Shown here: positions 61,001 through 64,000 of the stretch, in pieces | How positions within the stretch are numbered: the stretch's first letter is position 1 | Layout: each line of letters starts with the position of its first letter | Assembly (NCBI GenBank): GCA_036172245.1 | Contig: JAYWIR010000002.1 | Span: 6,944,001 to 7,008,000 of the forward strand | DNA: 64,000 bases | DNA from: Raillietiella orientalis | Taxonomy: Eukaryota | Direction: 5' to 3' | The notes under the pieces: model-generated | The model's database searches: none | Told to the model about the DNA's origin: nothing | The model's input: the letters and a program-made list of their open reading frames with translations, nothing else | Position numbers and translations under genes: made by a program

Positions 61001-63299
61001 AAGAGCCACTGCTGCCACCATCCTCTAGACGACGGATGGGAGAGCACGCCGAAGAGCAGCCGCGAGAGCGCGGGAGAGACAAGGAGGGAAGCGGCGGCGA
61101 GGACTCCAGACGTCAGCAAGCCCGACGGAATCCTAGCACTTTCTGCTCCGCAGATAACCCTGCCAGATAAGTCGCGGACGGTCGAACGGTTCGCCCTCGG
61201 GGCTTATCTGCGGTCCCGCCGTCGAGATTTGCGAGCGGCAGCAGATAAGCGTGCCCTCCCTTGCCGCCGGATTGTGCGCTGGTTCTGCCTACGACGGTCG
61301 GGGAGGAGACGCGCAGGGGCGATGCCGGTTGCTCCGGAGACCCGGAAGACTCCTGCCCCGGGGGAACTCACCTCGGACGTTCCGCGGGCCTCGCCCGCGA
61401 GCCGCGAGCGCGAGCGTCCTGGGACAAGGGAGGAGAGAGAGAGCGTGTCTTGTTTTCCCTTCCTTCCCTTCGTCCCAGTCTGACCCGAGCTCCTTTCAAG
61501 AGAAGGTCGTGAAAGCGTCCCCGAACTAGCGCGCGCGCGCGCTACCTCGTCCGGAACCAGAGACGCTGTCTTGTAGGCGCGGCGGCGACGAATAGGCAAG
61601 GGGATTCGCTCAGACGGGAAGGCCAGCGCGGAGGTGCGAACATTATCTGTTGCGCGCGGCAGCGGTAACCTCGCGATACAGAACGGCTCGGGCGGAGGCG
61701 CGCGGCCCTCGTCAGCGGCAAAGCGGGGGAGGGAGGGTCGGCCTCGCGGGTCCACAGCAGCGTGCCACCCATCCTGGTCTTGACGTGGGGGGAGGGGCGG
61801 AGGAGACGGAGGGAAAGAGAGAACTGTTTCCAAGGCAACGGTGATCCCGCGTTTGGGCTTCTGGAGGAAAGAGAGACTCGTTCCCTCTGCTTCCTCTTTC
61901 CCCACGTTTCCGGCCGCAGGGCTCTCTTCTGCCAAAAAACCCTCGGGACCGCCGCCTTCCCTAAGGTTAAGAAAGAGCGTTGCCAGGAGCATTGGTGTGA
62001 GGCGCCGTCTCCGGGAGAGTTCCAGCATGCCGCCCTTCCTGGTCTTGACGCAGGGCGACGCCGCGCGGCAGCGCTGGCGTCGCCAACGCCACGCTCGAGA
62101 CGGAGGGGAAGGAAAAGAGAAGAAGCAGAAGCAGCAGGCCGCTTGAAAGGCCGGCGAAGACCATTGCGGGTGGTCATCAGACGAGCAGCTGCAGGGGCCC
62201 CATGACCACAGCCATGCCGTGTTTTTTTTTTTGCCAGCGGCGGACAGGCAAGACGGGCGACCGGGGGGGGGGGGTAGTGTAGACGGACAGCATTCCTCCT
62301 TCTCCCGGCGCGCGTGTTCGGCAGGAAAAAAAAAATCCCAGGCGAGGCAATCGTCCCCCCCCCCCCTCGCCCTCACGAGCTTCAAGGCCAACGGGCTTAC
62401 ATTGTATTTCATTGTAGGGGAGCGGCGCGCATGCTCCTCTATCTTCCGGAGGCTTGCGACGCCTGCCGGACGCGTCTCTCTCCCTTCCAGCTGGGAAGCC
62501 GCCGCCACCGCCGCGCCGTTGGCGCCAGCAGCGGCGGGCGCGGACGGGTAAGGGAGCGCACAACGAGGCGCGGTTGGTTACCTCAGGAGATTTCGCGCGC
62601 AGCTTCTGGCGCTGGGAGGCCGGCTGGAACCTAGCAGTCTTACCTTTTTTCCTCCCTCCCCTCTCGCTCCTGTCCCTTGTCCAAGGAAGGGACGGTTCCC
62701 TCCCTTCCTCTCTCCTCCCGCATCCCTCCTCCTCCCCAACTCTTTCCGTGCCGGGAAGAGGGCGAACGCGGCCTCCTTTCCCGCGGGGTCCTTGCTTGAG
62801 CACGCGGTGGAGTCGGCCGTTCTAGCGAGCGACGAGGCGACCTTGAGAAGGAAAGGAAGGAAAAACGAGTGGCCGGAGTCGTATCGCACGTTTGTGGCCC
62901 CTTCACGTCTCCAGGCGACTCCGGTAAGGTCGATCTGGACGCCCCCAAAGGATGCCGACGCGTCTGGTCTTTCCTACCTCCTTTTCCACCCTCCCCCTTT
63001 CCCTTGGGCCACTCCAAGGCAGGAAGGGTTCATCCCTCCCTCAGTCCCCTTCTTGTCACTGCCGTGGATGCTACCAGGGAGGCCGAGAAGACGTCCCTCG
63101 AGCAGGTCGGGTTCCTCACTGGGCTCTCAGGCCGGGAAGGGGACATCCGGCCAACGGTGAGCGTCCTGCAGTGCGTCCTTTCGGTGAAGGGCGTTAGCGG
63201 AAGAGAGAGAGAGAGGAGCCCCCATCGCCTCACACACCGATGGAAAACCCCAAGGGAAAGGCGGGAGGGCTCCTGACCCCTCAGAGGTTTGCCCGAAAG

Positions 63300-63900
63300 C
63301 TCAGGTGGTCATCCATAAGGGGTTTCGGAGCCTCGGCTGGACACCTTCTCGGAGCCGCAGAGTTCCTAGTTCTCCTGGGTCCTCGACGGAGTCCTGGGAT
63401 TGCGCAGCACCCGTGCCACGTGCGACCGTGCGGGCGGCCCGCATCCATGCGCCGCGAGAGATTGGTGCTCCCCGCCGGCATGCGATGCTCAGCGCCGACC
63501 ATCGACAAGCACGGACGGAAACGCGTGACGTGGGTAGGGGTGAAAGGTTCTCCCCCCGAAGCAAGCTTATCACTTCACTTCTTTTTCCTTCTTCCCTCTG
63601 GCTTGAGCCACGCATCAGTGAGGTTAGTGAAGCCGGAGTAAGGTGGGGTTTGTCATGAGACCCGTCGTTCACTCCCCGCTCACCTCACCGTCCACCGTCC
63701 GGAAGAGGAAGACGAGCGAGGGGTCCTCAGGCAGCCCGAGGGCACGCACGTACCGACGGACTGGGGCTTCGCAGTCCGGTGCCAGGGCGTTTAATCGGAC
63801 CGTGTCGGCTCCATGGGCGCGTTCATCGGCCGTACCTTCCTCGCCCTTGAGCGAACGGGGCCGCCCTCCGATTCGCCGAGGGACGTCGTGTGTCTTCCAT
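63300..63900 (-). mobile_element. Decayed Tx1-like ORF1 remnant
   Basis: DCEAPVRRYVRALGLPED resembles DI..LRRYV.V.G.P of Tx1 ORF1; later ELCGS relic knuckle. Confidence 0.4.
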
Positions 63901-64000
63901 GGACTCATGGCGTCTATTTCGGACGGCTGCCTCCAGCCTCGATGTCTGCCACCCCCCAGTGATGGTCAGGACCCCTACCCTCTCCATCTACTACCGTCGC

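Noticed and set aside
61204..62508. 434-aa minus-strand ORF
   Set aside because: Runs through homopolymer tracts, low-complexity composition, no domain recognised
1..64000. Prokaryotic or viral system (operon, CRISPR array, endogenous large DNA virus)
   Set aside because: No dense coding structure, no regularly spaced repeats and no viral hallmark proteins recognised; content is eukaryotic repeat DNA

Overview
Eukaryotic, GC- and CpG-rich genomic DNA with no recognisable intact protein-coding gene; the long six-frame ORFs look like GC-content artefacts. Most of the window is a nested graveyard of decayed non-LTR retrotransposons of the L1/Tx1 group (ORF1 zinc-knuckle, endonuclease, RT, C-terminal zinc finger and 3' UTR remnants on both strands), plus a few Gypsy-like remnants and a tRNA-derived SINE. 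One Tx1-derived repeat (family A) occurs about 11 times and seems to have amplified after it decayed; many elements end in a shared AATAAA plus hairpin terminus. The most distinctive feature is a 591-bp intronless, frameshifted fragment of an SK (small-conductance Ca2+-activated K+ channel) gene with arthropod-type residues, inserted antisense into a family A copy between 12-bp near-perfect direct repeats. This suggests an arthropod host. A few AT/TAAT-rich non-repetitive islands may be host regulatory DNA. All assignments are by-eye motif recognition and element boundaries are approximate.
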